A DNA stretch of 64,000 bases from Chloroflexota bacterium (GCA_965261345.1 OZ253449.1:1184001-1248000); one strand, 5' to 3'. Numbered from the stretch's first letter, positions 16,745 to 27,047 are shown. The notes: a model not told the origin generated them from the sequence alone. Translations and numbers: made by a program.

Positions 16745-17488
16745 ATGCAGGCCTTGATTCTGGCTGGTGGTTACGGGACCAGGTTGGGTGATTTGACCCG
16801 CAATCGGTCCAAGGTCCTATTACCGATCGGTGGCCGCCCGATGGCCGATTGGGTGCTCGAGAAGGCGCTGGCCCTGCCGGCGGTCGAGCAAGCCGTGGTT
16901 GTGACTAACGATCGGTTTTTTGACGATTTTGGCCGATGGCATGACTCGCACCCGGACCGCGACCGGATAGCCGTCCTAAACGATGGCACCACCAGCAACG
17001 CCAACCGGCTGGGGGCAGTCGGCGACGTGCTTTTTGCAATAGAGCATCAATCGATTGACGACGACCTGCTGATCATGGCCGGCGACAACGTCTTTGATTT
17101 CGACCTGGCCCCGATGGCCCTGATGCTGGGCGCCAAGGGCTCCTGCGCGGCGCTCTATGATGTCGGCTCGCTGGAGGCGGCCAAGCGTTACTCCAACGCC
17201 AGCATGGATGCCAATGGGCGCATCACCGGGTTCGTGGAGAAGCCACCAAACCCATCCTCAACGATGGTTGCGGTGGCCCTTTATATGTACCGGGCCAGCG
17301 ACCTGGCCCTTTTTGCGAGTTTTTCCGACGAAGGCCACAACCTGGACCTAATAGGCGGATTTCTGCAATGGGCGCACCGGCAAACTCCGGTCTTCGGCTG
17401 CCGGTTCGAGGGCAACTGGTGGGATATCGGCGCGCGCGCGGAATTTGAAGCCGTCAACGCCTATCTGCGGGGGCGCGGTGAGGGCTAG
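16745..17488 (+). CDS. Sugar-1-phosphate nucleotidyltransferase
   Basis: MQALILAGGYGTRL, AGDN, FVEKP, WWDIG. Start set at ATG 16745. Confidence 0.88.
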   Translation: MQALILAGGYGTRLGDLTRNRSKVLLPIGGRPMADWVLEKALALPAVEQAVVVTNDRFFDDFGRWHDSHPDRDRIAVLNDGTTSNANRLGAVGDVLFAIEHQSIDDDLLIMAGDNVFDFDLAPMALMLGAKGSCAALYDVGSLEAAKRYSNASMDANGRITGFVEKPPNPSSTMVAVALYMYRASDLALFASFSDEGHNLDLIGGFLQWAHRQTPVFGCRFEGNWWDIGARAEFEAVNAYLRGRGEG

Positions 17489-18638
17489 CCCGGCCTGGAC
17501 CGACTCGCTGACACGCCAGCTGGATTGGCGCGATGCCGGATTCTGGGTTCGCGCTCCCGGCCGGGTAAACCTGATCGGTGAGCACACCGATTACATGGGC
17601 GGCCTGGTGTTGCCGACCGCTCTGGACCTTGAAATGCGCGGCCTGGTTCGGGTAAGAGACGATCGCCAGGTAAGGCTCCGCTCGTTAAAACTCGGTGCCG
17701 CCGACCGCTTTCAGTTGGGCGAGGAGAACGCCCTGTCCGACCCAGGGTTCGGCCGCTACGCTCGCGGGGTTACCGCCGCGCTTTCCCAGCATCACCGCCT
17801 GGAGCGGGGCTTCGAACTGGTCTTTGATTCGCAGATTCCGGTCGCCGCCGGACTGGCCTCATCGGCGGCGCTGGAAGCGCTGGTCGGCCTTGCGGCCCTG
17901 GCAGTCAACGGTCTCCCGCTCGATCGGGACCGGCTGGTGGACGCCTGTCACTGGGCCGAGAACCAGTTTGTGGGAGTGGCCTGCGGGCTCATGGACCAGA
18001 CGATCTGCATCCACGGCCAGGCCGGCAACGCGGTGCTAATTGATTGCCAAAGCCGCGCCCGCACGCTGGCCCCGATCGGGAATATGGCGATCGTCGTTTG
18101 CAATACGCTCTCGTCGCGCCAGCTTTCGGCTTCCGCATACAACCTCCGCCGGTCCCAGTGCGAGCAGGGCCTGGCCGGGCTTGCCAGGCAGGATCCGACG
18201 ATCCGCAGTCTGCGCGATGTCGACGTGGCCGCAGCGGCGGAGCTGGGAACCCGTTTGGAGCCAGTCATCGCCCGCCGGGTTGGCCACGTGGTCTCTGAGA
18301 ACCAGCGCGTTCGGGCGATGGTAAAGGCGCTCGCGGCCGGCGATCGGCCGAGCATCGGGCGGCTTTGTGCGGCCTCGCAGGATTCGTTGCGCGACAACTT
18401 TGAGGTTTCCTCCCCCGAACTGGAGGCGATGGTCGCGGCGGCCCGGGGCGCACCCGGACTGATCGGTGCCCGCTTAACCGGCGGCGGGTTCGGGGGTTGC
18501 ACGGTCAATCTGGTCGAACCGGCCCGGACCGCCGATTTTGCCGCCGCGGTGGAGGCAAGCTATCTGCGGGAAACCGGCCAGGAACCGGAAATCTATGTCT
18601 GCCAGAGCGCGGCCGGAGCCAGCTGGGGACCGGTTTGA
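17478..18638 (+). CDS. galK: Galactokinase (GHMP kinase)
   Basis: RAPGRVNLIGEHTDY, GLASSAA, CGLMDQ, GARLTGGGFGGC. GTG start at 17478. Confidence 0.92.
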   Translation: MRASPAWTDSLTRQLDWRDAGFWVRAPGRVNLIGEHTDYMGGLVLPTALDLEMRGLVRVRDDRQVRLRSLKLGAADRFQLGEENALSDPGFGRYARGVTAALSQHHRLERGFELVFDSQIPVAAGLASSAALEALVGLAALAVNGLPLDRDRLVDACHWAENQFVGVACGLMDQTICIHGQAGNAVLIDCQSRARTLAPIGNMAIVVCNTLSSRQLSASAYNLRRSQCEQGLAGLARQDPTIRSLRDVDVAAAAELGTRLEPVIARRVGHVVSENQRVRAMVKALAAGDRPSIGRLCAASQDSLRDNFEVSSPELEAMVAAARGAPGLIGARLTGGGFGGCTVNLVEPARTADFAAAVEASYLRETGQEPEIYVCQSAAGASWGPV

Positions 18639-19192
18639 GCGGGGTCGAGGAGATCGCGCTGGCGCTGGCGCTCGCGGTGAGCGTGGGCATGGCCCCCTTC
18701 ATCGGACTTGCCATCCTGAGCATGGGCCTGGGCTTTGGCTACGGAACCGCCAATTGGGCCAGTTCCGCGCTGACCGGAATCGGGGCCCTGCTCGTCCTGC
18801 TCGGTCTAATCGCGCTCGATATCGTCCTGGACAAGCTGCCGGCGGCCGCAAGGATCTGGGCCCCGTTGTCCTGGGCATTTCGGGTCCTGGCGGGAGGGTT
18901 GATCGGCTGGAGCCTCACCGGGACGGTTTTCTGGGCGGCCCTGGCGGCGGCGATCGCCGTTGCGGTCAACCTGCTGCGGACGCGCCTGGCCGCCCGGGCC
19001 CAGCGCAAGATTCCCGGCCTGGGGCGATTCGGGGCCCTGGCGGCGGCCGATTTTCTGGCGGCCGTAATCGGCGCTATCGCCGTGGTGGGGCCGTACGTTG
19101 GCCTCGCGCTGGCGCTGATCGCCGGCCTGGGCGGGGCACTGCTGCTGGCCGCATCCTCCCGCGCGGACAATGTGGGCGATACTAGCGATTGA
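18635..19192 (+). CDS. DUF4126-like membrane protein
   Basis: Multi-TM, DKLP motif, TTGA overlap with galK stop. Confidence 0.65.
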   Translation: MSGVEEIALALALAVSVGMAPFIGLAILSMGLGFGYGTANWASSALTGIGALLVLLGLIALDIVLDKLPAAARIWAPLSWAFRVLAGGLIGWSLTGTVFWAALAAAIAVAVNLLRTRLAARAQRKIPGLGRFGALAAADFLAAVIGAIAVVGPYVGLALALIAGLGGALLLAASSRADNVGDTSD

Positions 19193-19232
19193 TTAGGGGT
19201 TTGAAAACCAATCCGATTGCGAAATCTGCAAA

Positions 19233-20294
19233 TTGAGTAAAACCGGGCCAATCGACCTGCGTTCGGATACGGTGACCCGGCCGACCGCGGCGATGCGGAC
19301 GGCAATGGCGGAGGCCGAAGTCGGTGACGACGTATTTGGCGAGGACCCCACCGTCAACGCGCTCGAAGCCGAAGCCGCCCGGGTGTTTGGCAAACCGGCC
19401 GCGCTGCTGCTGGCCTCGGGCACCCAGGCCAACGCGGTTGCCACCCTGGTCCACACACACCCCGGACAACTGGCGTATTGCGAACTTGGGGCCCACGTCG
19501 GGGTTCACGAGGGTGGCGGCTATGCTGCACTTGCCGGAATCGCGCTGGAGAAGATCCCTACCGCGGATGGCGTGCTCACCGCCGATTTGGTGGCCGAGCG
19601 GATCCTGCCGGAAGACCCACACCTGGCCGAGCCGGCCCTTATCTGGGTTGAAAACACTCACAACGGCGCCGGTGGGGTCCCGACCCCCAAGTGCGTAATC
19701 GACGAGCTGGGACAGCTGGCCCGGTGCAAAGGCTACGCCCTACATATCGACGGCGCACGAATCTTTAACGCCGCGGTGGCGCTGGGCACACCGGTTGCGG
19801 AGTTGACCGCCAGCGCCGATTCGGTCCAGTTCTGCCTCTCCAAAGGCCTGGGGGCGCCGGTCGGTTCGATGCTGGTTGGCAGCCGCGACTTCATCACCCG
19901 GGCCCGCCGCAAGCGCAAGCTGCTGGGTGGGGCGATGCGCCAGGCCGGGGTGATCGCCGCCGCCGGACTGATCGCCCTCACCGAGATGCCCGCCAAACTG
20001 GCTAACGATCATGCCCGGGCGCGCCGCCTGGCCCAGGCGCTTAGCGATCATGCGGGACTGTCGGTGCTCAATCCCGACCCGGCCAGCAACATGGTTTATC
20101 TCAGGATCGATGCCGACTTGATCGATCCGCCGGAGCTGGTGGCGCGTGTCGCCGACGCGGGCGTTTTGATCGGCCCGGTGGCCAGGACGGGCAATGTTTC
20201 GCGCTTGGTCCTCCATCACCAGATCAACGACCGTGACGTGGGATCCGCGATCGCGGTCATCGGCCAGTTAGCGCTGGCCGGGGCACGACGGTAG
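19233..20294 (+). CDS. ltaE: Low-specificity L-threonine aldolase
   Basis: DLRSDTVT, GDDVFGEDPT, ENTHN, HIDGARIFNA, CLSKGLGAPVGS. Confidence 0.95.
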   Translation: MSKTGPIDLRSDTVTRPTAAMRTAMAEAEVGDDVFGEDPTVNALEAEAARVFGKPAALLLASGTQANAVATLVHTHPGQLAYCELGAHVGVHEGGGYAALAGIALEKIPTADGVLTADLVAERILPEDPHLAEPALIWVENTHNGAGGVPTPKCVIDELGQLARCKGYALHIDGARIFNAAVALGTPVAELTASADSVQFCLSKGLGAPVGSMLVGSRDFITRARRKRKLLGGAMRQAGVIAAAGLIALTEMPAKLANDHARARRLAQALSDHAGLSVLNPDPASNMVYLRIDADLIDPPELVARVADAGVLIGPVARTGNVSRLVLHHQINDRDVGSAIAVIGQLALAGARR

Positions 20295-20304
20295 GGCGGC
20301 GACC

Positions 20305-21342
20305 ATGGCGACTCTAATAACCGGAGCCACCGGAACGATCGGCCGCCGGCTGGCAGCCGCTCTGGCCAAGCGCGGCGACGAACTGGTTGCACTGATTCGG
20401 GAAACCAGCAATGACGATGTCCTCGGCGACCTGGAGCTCGACCTGGTCGAGGGTGACATCACCGACCTGGCCGACGTGCGCGAGGCGATGGCCAGCTGCG
20501 ACCGGGTTTTTCATCTGGCCGGGCAATTTAGCGAGTGGCTACCCGATGAGCGCGAATTCTTCGACGTAAATACTGGCGGGACGGTTAACGTGCTCGAAGC
20601 CGCGGCCGAACTTGGCATCAAGAAGTTGGTGCATGTCTCCTCGGCGGCCGCAATCGGGCAGTCGCGATTTGAAATCGGCAACGAACAGACCACCCATCGC
20701 GGCAGCTTCCTGACCACCTATGAGCGGTCCAAATGGGAGGCCGAGCAATTCGTGCTCGAAGCGGCCGCCGAAGGCCTGCCGGCGGTCATTGTATGCCCGG
20801 CAATGGTCTACGGCCCGGGCGATCTGCGCCATAACGGCCGGCGCCTGGTCTCGCTGCTCAACGGGCGGCCGGTGGCCACCCTGACAACCGATTCCTCCTA
20901 TGTTTTTATCGACGACGTGGTGCGTGGCATCATCGCCGCCGACGAGCGCGGCACGTCCGGCGAGCGCTACATCCTCACCGGCGGAAACATGACCCGCGAG
21001 GCGTTCCTGTCGGCGGCGCTGGAAGTGGCCGGGGTTAAGGGCAACCTGCAGCGGGTGGCCCCCTGGCAGTTGCGCCTGCTCCAATTTATGGACAACGTGC
21101 GCCGGGTGATAAAGCCCAAGGAGGCGCCGGTGGTTACCAAGCAAGGGATCGACTTCGCCCTGTTCGGCCACAGGTTTGACGCCTCCAAGGCCGAGCGCGA
21201 CCTCGGGGTCACCTTTACCGAGCTGGAAAACGGCTTGGACGAAACCATCGAATGGCTCTATCAGGAGAGCCTGATCGAACTGCCCGAAGACGTGCTGCCC
21301 GAGGACGAGGACGACGACGACAGGCAAGAGCCGATTGTCTGA
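20305..21342 (+). CDS. NAD-dependent epimerase/dehydratase (dihydroflavonol reductase / HpnA-like)
   Basis: TGATGTIG, FHLA, HVSS, YERSK, VYGPGD. Confidence 0.85.
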   Translation: MATLITGATGTIGRRLAAALAKRGDELVALIRETSNDDVLGDLELDLVEGDITDLADVREAMASCDRVFHLAGQFSEWLPDEREFFDVNTGGTVNVLEAAAELGIKKLVHVSSAAAIGQSRFEIGNEQTTHRGSFLTTYERSKWEAEQFVLEAAAEGLPAVIVCPAMVYGPGDLRHNGRRLVSLLNGRPVATLTTDSSYVFIDDVVRGIIAADERGTSGERYILTGGNMTREAFLSAALEVAGVKGNLQRVAPWQLRLLQFMDNVRRVIKPKEAPVVTKQGIDFALFGHRFDASKAERDLGVTFTELENGLDETIEWLYQESLIELPEDVLPEDEDDDDRQEPIV

Positions 21343-22639
21343 ACCCGGCCCGTTGCGGGTGGGCATGCTGGGGCTTGGCAACGTCGGGGCCGGAGTGGCG
21401 ACGGTTCTGGCGGCCAAACAGACCCAGCTGACAGCCACGCTCGGACGCGGCATCGAGCTGCGGCGGGCGCTGGTCCGGGACCCGTCCAAGCCGCGCGGGT
21501 TGGACCTGCCGGAGGGCACGCTGACCTGCGATCCGCAGGCGGTTGTGGCCGCCGCCGACATCGACGTGGTGGTCGAACTTCTCGGCGGGCTGGAGCCGGC
21601 CCGCGGCCTGATGGCCCAGGCGATCCAGTCAGGGAAACATGTAATTACCGCCAACAAGGAGGTCATGGCCCACCATGGGGCCGAACTCCTGGCGGCGGCG
21701 GCGGACAAGGGTGTCGACCTGTTCTTTGAGGCCTCGGTCGGAGCCGGCATCCCGCTGATCGGGCCGTTCCGGCAGAATCTGGCGGCCAACCGGCTTGACG
21801 CGGTCGAGGCCATCATCAACGGCACCACCAACTACATCCTCACCCGCATGGCCACCGAGGGTGCCGATTACCAGGCGGTGCTCGCCGATGCCCAGCGGCT
21901 CGGCTATGCCGAGCCGGATCCCACCAACGACGTTGCCGGCCATGATGCGGCCTACAAGCTGGCGGTACTCTCGACCCTGGCCTTTGGCGTGGAGGTTCGT
22001 CCCGAGGCGATCTATCGCGAGGGCATCACCGCCCTTGCGGCAGCCGATTTCCGGGCCGCCGGCGAACTGGGCTACGCGATCAAGCTGCTAGCCATTGCCC
22101 GCTCGCAGGATGGGGCGATCCAGGCCCGGGTGCACCCGACGATGGTCCCGCAGGGCTGCCTGCTGGCCCAGGTCGGCGGGGTCGAGAACGCGGTGCGAAT
22201 CCATGGCGACCTAATCGGCCACGCCACCTTCGTGGGGCGTGGGGCCGGTCGCGAGCCGACCGCCAGTGCGGTGGTCGCCGACCTGATCGAGCTGGCCCAC
22301 AACATCGCCGCCGCGGCGCATGCCCGGGTCCCGCTGAAAATCGGGCCGAAATGTGCATTTCGGCCAATCGCCGACGTCTTCTCGCGCTACTATCTGCGGC
22401 TCTGGGTCAGCGACCAGCCTGGGGTCCTTGCCCAGATTGGCCATGTTTTCGCCGAGCACGCGGTCTCGATCGCCGCGGTAACCCAAAAGGAACGTGATGA
22501 CGAGTCCGACCTGGCCGAACTGGTAATCATCACCCACATGGCCCAGGAGCGCGACATGCAGGCAGCGGTTGCCCAAGCCTCCGCGCTGGAGATTACCGAT
22601 CGGGTGGCGGCACTCATCCGCATCGAAGACCTGGCCTGA
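21335..22639 (+). CDS. hom: Homoserine dehydrogenase with ACT domain
   Basis: GLGNVG, TANK, FEASVGAGIP, NGTTNYIL, GYAEPDP, DQPGVLAQI. Confidence 0.96.
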   Translation: MSEPGPLRVGMLGLGNVGAGVATVLAAKQTQLTATLGRGIELRRALVRDPSKPRGLDLPEGTLTCDPQAVVAAADIDVVVELLGGLEPARGLMAQAIQSGKHVITANKEVMAHHGAELLAAAADKGVDLFFEASVGAGIPLIGPFRQNLAANRLDAVEAIINGTTNYILTRMATEGADYQAVLADAQRLGYAEPDPTNDVAGHDAAYKLAVLSTLAFGVEVRPEAIYREGITALAAADFRAAGELGYAIKLLAIARSQDGAIQARVHPTMVPQGCLLAQVGGVENAVRIHGDLIGHATFVGRGAGREPTASAVVADLIELAHNIAAAAHARVPLKIGPKCAFRPIADVFSRYYLRLWVSDQPGVLAQIGHVFAEHAVSIAAVTQKERDDESDLAELVIITHMAQERDMQAAVAQASALEITDRVAALIRIEDLA

Positions 22640-22647
22640 GCGCAGCG

Positions 22648-23703
22648 ATGGCCAAGCTCGGCGTGGTGGCTCGCTGGCGCAAATTTTTCCCGGTCGGCGA
22701 GAAGACCCCGATCGTCTCGCTCGGCGAAGGCGATACCCCGCTGATCCGGATGCCCAGCTTCGAGCAGGCGACCGGCGTCCGGGCGGTTTGGGTCAAGTAC
22801 GATGGCGCCAACCCCACCGGTTCCTTCAAGGATCGGGGGATGGCCCTGGCCATGAGCAAGGCGCTTGAAGCCGGCGCCCACACCGTGATTTGCGCCTCAA
22901 CCGGCAACACCTCGGCGGCCGCGGCAGCCTACGCCGGGCGCGCCGGGTTGCGCTGCCTGGCCCTGGTCTCCGATGCCATCGCGCGCGGCAAATTGGCGCA
23001 AGCCCAGATCCTGGGGGCCGACGTAGTGGTGATGGCGGGCAACTTCGATGCGCGCCTGGCGGTGGCCAAACAAGTCTGTGCCGAACACCCGGGGATCGCG
23101 CATGTCAATTCGGTCAATCCGTACCGCCTGCAGGGGCAGCAGTCGGCGGCATTTGAGATTTGCGAAGAACTCGGCCGGGCCCCGGACGAGCTCTATATTC
23201 CGGTTGGCAATGCCGGCAACATCCACGCCTATTGGCGCGGTTTCGAAAAATTTGCCGCAGCCGGGCTAATCGATGCGAAACCGCGCCTGCGCGGCTTCCA
23301 AGCGGCGGGAGCGGCGCCGATCGTGATCGGGCGTCCGGTATCCGATCCGCGCACCATCGCCAGCGCGCTGGAGATCGGCAATCCAGAAAATTGGGGCAAG
23401 GCGACAGCTGCCCGCGACGCTTCCGGCGGTTCGATCGAGGCGGTCGGCGACCCGGCGATCGTAAGTGCCTATCAAGACCTGGCCGGTCAGGGGCTTTTCT
23501 GCGAACCGGCCTCGGCGGTTTCGCTGGCCGGTCTGCTGGACCGCGCCGGGCGCGGTCTGCTGGATCCAGATTCAGAGGTTGTCTGCGTACTGACCGGATC
23601 AGGCCTCAAAGACCCCGACCTGGCGCTGCGCAGCGCCAGGTCGCCGGTGCTGCGCCTGGCCGAAACCTCGGCCGCCGCCCTGGACGCGGCGCTCGGGCTC
23701 TAG
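22648..23703 (+). CDS. thrC: Threonine synthase
   Basis: GEGDTP, NPTGSFKDRG, ASTGNTS, NSVNPYR, PVGNAGN, EPASA, TGSGLKD. Confidence 0.95.
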   Translation: MAKLGVVARWRKFFPVGEKTPIVSLGEGDTPLIRMPSFEQATGVRAVWVKYDGANPTGSFKDRGMALAMSKALEAGAHTVICASTGNTSAAAAAYAGRAGLRCLALVSDAIARGKLAQAQILGADVVVMAGNFDARLAVAKQVCAEHPGIAHVNSVNPYRLQGQQSAAFEICEELGRAPDELYIPVGNAGNIHAYWRGFEKFAAAGLIDAKPRLRGFQAAGAAPIVIGRPVSDPRTIASALEIGNPENWGKATAARDASGGSIEAVGDPAIVSAYQDLAGQGLFCEPASAVSLAGLLDRAGRGLLDPDSEVVCVLTGSGLKDPDLALRSARSPVLRLAETSAAALDAALGL

Positions 23704-23718
23704 GCCGGCCGCTCGCCC

Positions 23719-24258
23719 CTAGCGGAAACCGGCCGCCAGGTCGGCCTGCTCGATGAGGATCTCCCGGTTTAGCAGGCCGAAGCGAATGTGGGTTACCAAT
23801 TGCTCTGAGTCGGCAAAAACGGTAACCGGCAGGGCCGCCTGCCCCAGCAGGTCGAGGCTGACCGTGCGGCTGGCCAGGGCCACCGGCATGGTCAGATCGA
23901 GTTCGGAGACAAACTGATCGGCCACGAACCGGCCCTCGGCCACGTTGATTGCCAGCAGCCCCAGGTTCGGGTAGGTCCGTTCCCGCCACAAGCGTTCGAA
24001 TTCCGGCATCTCCAAACGGCATGGACCGCACCAGCTGGCCCAGAAATTGACCACGATTGGGTCGCCGGCCAGGCCTGCCAGATCCGTCGCCGATCCGGTA
24101 AGCGCCTCCAGCCCGGCCGCCGGCAGGAGCTGGCCGACGGTCAGCTGGCGGGGTCGCTGGCCCGAATCGGGTTCCTGTGCCCGGCAGGCGGCCAGCACCA
24201 GCCCCGCCGCCGCCCCGCCCAGCAGGGCCCTCCGACCGATCGGTCGTACCCTATCTAC
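23719..24258 (-). CDS. TlpA/ResA-family thiol-disulfide oxidoreductase, probable Tat lipoprotein
   Basis: VNFWASWCGPCRLEMP; in-frame upstream IGRRALLGGAAAGLVLAAC. Exact start uncertain (24198-24258). Confidence 0.8.
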   Translation of the reverse strand, partial: VDRVRPIGRRALLGGAAAGLVLAACRAQEPDSGQRPRQLTVGQLLPAAGLEALTGSATDLAGLAGDPIVVNFWASWCGPCRLEMPEFERLWRERTYPNLGLLAINVAEGRFVADQFVSELDLTMPVALASRTVSLDLLGQAALPVTVFADSEQLVTHIRFGLLNREILIEQADLAAGFR

Positions 24259-25196
24259 CCGAGTAATTGCACGAGTCCGAGATCGAGGTTGATCAACACC
24301 ACGCCCGTTCCAGATATCGCCAGACCGGTAAGGGTCAGCGGCGAGAAGCGTTGCCGCCAGAAGATGAAATCGATGATCGCGATCATCACCAGGAAGCTGG
24401 CCGAGGACAGCGGGAATATGAATGAGGCGTCAAATATCGTAAGCGCGGAGATCAGGGCCACGTTCTGAACCCAGTTTGATGCCCCCAAGGCGATCCCGAA
24501 TCCGATCGCGCGAGGGGTGAACTGGACCTTGTAGGGAACCTGAGAGGGCCGCCCGATCGCCTCGCGCGCCCAATCGCGGCGGGCCATCCGGCTGGCCAGC
24601 GGCCAGGTTAGCAGCGAGGTTACGCTCGCGGCGCTAAACAGCCAGAACGCATAGTCGGCCGGATTGGAGTTGGACCGAGCCTCGACAAACCATTTGGCGC
24701 CTACCTCGGATCCACCCAGCAGAATGAAAGATATCAGGACCATCAGCGGCAGCAGCCAGCTACCCTGGTTGGTGCCGACCGCCCTTCGCTGGGCATCAAT
24801 TCCCAGCAGCGGAGTGGCCAGGATGATGGCGACGATCCCCAGATACTGCTCGGGCGAGGGTTGTTCCGCCCAGACTACGATCGCCGCCACGGTGGGCACC
24901 AGCACCGCCAGTCGGTTGATCGTAGAGGAGATGGCCATCCCGCCCAGGCCGATCATTACGAAGATGACCAGATACATCAGCTGGTAGGCGACGCCCTGCA
25001 GGCCGCCCAAAATTACCGCCGCCGGGTCCAACGCGATGCCGCCATGCACGGCGAACGCCCAGATGGCGGCAATCACCATCGCGGCGCTGTAGTTGGTCGC
25101 GCCGATTACGAAGAACCCGCGCGGGTCGTTGCGGGCGTAACGCGCGATGTTTACAAATGCGAGTGTGCCGGCCAGGTGCAGAAATAAAAAGTGCAA
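24255..25196 (-). CDS. DMT/EamA-family transporter
   Basis: About 10 TM helices in two repeats; WAEQP / FWRQRFS ends of the halves. Confidence 0.78.
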   Translation of the reverse strand: MHFLFLHLAGTLAFVNIARYARNDPRGFFVIGATNYSAAMVIAAIWAFAVHGGIALDPAAVILGGLQGVAYQLMYLVIFVMIGLGGMAISSTINRLAVLVPTVAAIVVWAEQPSPEQYLGIVAIILATPLLGIDAQRRAVGTNQGSWLLPLMVLISFILLGGSEVGAKWFVEARSNSNPADYAFWLFSAASVTSLLTWPLASRMARRDWAREAIGRPSQVPYKVQFTPRAIGFGIALGASNWVQNVALISALTIFDASFIFPLSSASFLVMIAIIDFIFWRQRFSPLTLTGLAISGTGVVLINLDLGLVQLLG

Positions 25197-25289
25197 ACTG
25201 CGCCTTGTATTGGCTGGCCGAGATTATCCGACTGATAATCGGAAGCGCAATTTTCGCCGTTTTATCAAATAGCCGCATGCTAAATCGAC

Positions 25290-27047
25290 ATGAATGACCT
25301 TGAGAGGATGCGCCACTCCTGCGCGCATGTTATGGCCGCCGCGGTCCAGGAGATCTTTCCCGAGGCCAAATTTGGCTTCGGGCCGCCGATCGAGGACGGT
25401 TTCTACTACGACTTCGAGCTGCCGCGGCAGCTGAGCCCCGACGATTTCCCGCAAATCGAGCGGGCCATGGCCCGGCTGGCCAAACAGGCCCACCGGTTCG
25501 AGGACCAGGTGATCGAACCCGACGAGGCCCGGGCGTTGTTCGCAAATCAGGGCCAGGACTATAAGGTTGAGGCGATTTCCGATCTGGCCGAACGGGGTGA
25601 GGAGATCAGCATCTATCGCTGCGGCCAGTTCGTGGACCTGTGCCGCGGTCCGCACGTAGGTGACACCTCGGCGGTCGGACGATACAGCCTGCTCTCGGTA
25701 GCCGGCGCCTACTGGAAGGGTTCAGAGCAGAATCCCCAGCTGCAGCGACTCTACGCCACCAGTTTTCCCACCCAGGAGGGGCTCGATCAGCACCTGGCCC
25801 GGCTGAAGGCGGCCGAGTTGCGCGATCATCGCCGGCTGGCCCGCGAACTCGACCTCTTTTCAATCAATAGCGAGGTCGGCGCGGGACTGGTGCTCTGGCA
25901 TCCGCGCGGCGGGGTGCTGCGCGAGATCCTGGAAGACTTCTGGCGCGCCGAGCACCGCGCGGCCGGATACGATATCGTCTTTACCCCGCACATCGGCCGC
26001 AAGGAGCTGTGGGAAACCAGCGGACACACCCGCTGGTACTCGGACGGGCTGTTCCCGGAGATGGAGCTGGAGAACCACGCCTACATCAACAAGCCGATGA
26101 ACTGCCCGTTCCACGTCAAGATCTTCGCCGCCCGGACCCGCTCCTATCGCGATCTGCCGCTGCGCTTTGCCGAGCTGGGCACGGTCTACCGCTATGAGAA
26201 ATCGGGCGTGTTGCACGGCGCGCTGCGGGTGCGCGGCTTCACCCAGGACGATGCCCACATCTTCTGTCGGCGCGAGCAGTTCAGCGATGAGATCGCCGGC
26301 GCGCTCAAGATCGCGCGCGATCTCCTGGGGGCCTTCGGTTTTGACGATCTGGCGGTCTCGCTCAGCGTCCGCGACCCGGGCGATACATCCAAATACGTGG
26401 GCTCCGACGAGGCCTGGCAGCTGGCCGAGGCTGGCCTGGTCGAAGCCCTCACCCGCGCCCAACTGCCCTACCAGCGGATCCCCGGCGAGGCCGCTTTCTA
26501 CGGCCCCAAGATTGATATTCATATCCGTGATGCGATCGGACGGCGGTGGCAACTCTCGACCATCCAGGTGGACTTTAATCTCCCCGAGCGATTCGACATC
26601 GACTACGAGGCGGCTAGCGGCGAACGCGAACGGCCGGTGATGGTCCACCGCGCCCTGCTGGGTTCGATCGAGCGGTTCGCAGCCATCCTAATCGAGCACT
26701 ATGGCGGGGCGTTCCCGCTGTGGCTGGCGCCGGTGCAGGCCCAGCTGATTCCGATCGCCGACCGCCACAACGACTACTGCCAAAAGATCGCCGAGCGGCT
26801 GTCGGCGGCCGGCCTGCGGGCGACGGTTGATGCGCGCTCGGAGCGCATGAACCGCAAGGTCGCCAATGCCCAGAACCTAAAAATCCCCTACATGCTGATC
26901 GCCGGCGACCGCGACATCGCGGCCGACCGGGTCTCGCTGCGCCTGCGCGACGGGCGCCAACTCGGCACGGTCGACGTCGACGAGTTGATCGCGGTTATGC
27001 AGCGCCTGGTTCGCGAGCGGGCGGAAGGCTACGGCTTTAGCCCCTAG
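25290..27047 (+). CDS. thrS: Threonine-tRNA ligase (short form without TGS domain)
   Basis: RHSCAH, DLCRGPH, RDHR, KPMNCP, RVRGFTQDDAH, AFYGPK, HRALLGSIERF. Confidence 0.98.
   Translation: MNDLERMRHSCAHVMAAAVQEIFPEAKFGFGPPIEDGFYYDFELPRQLSPDDFPQIERAMARLAKQAHRFEDQVIEPDEARALFANQGQDYKVEAISDLAERGEEISIYRCGQFVDLCRGPHVGDTSAVGRYSLLSVAGAYWKGSEQNPQLQRLYATSFPTQEGLDQHLARLKAAELRDHRRLARELDLFSINSEVGAGLVLWHPRGGVLREILEDFWRAEHRAAGYDIVFTPHIGRKELWETSGHTRWYSDGLFPEMELENHAYINKPMNCPFHVKIFAARTRSYRDLPLRFAELGTVYRYEKSGVLHGALRVRGFTQDDAHIFCRREQFSDEIAGALKIARDLLGAFGFDDLAVSLSVRDPGDTSKYVGSDEAWQLAEAGLVEALTRAQLPYQRIPGEAAFYGPKIDIHIRDAIGRRWQLSTIQVDFNLPERFDIDYEAASGERERPVMVHRALLGSIERFAAILIEHYGGAFPLWLAPVQAQLIPIADRHNDYCQKIAERLSAAGLRATVDARSERMNRKVANAQNLKIPYMLIAGDRDIAADRVSLRLRDGRQLGTVDVDELIAVMQRLVRERAEGYGFSP

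Noticed and set aside
25197-25289. T-box riboswitch upstream of thrS
   Set aside because: Spacer is only about 93 bp, is shared with a divergent gene, and has no T-box motif.
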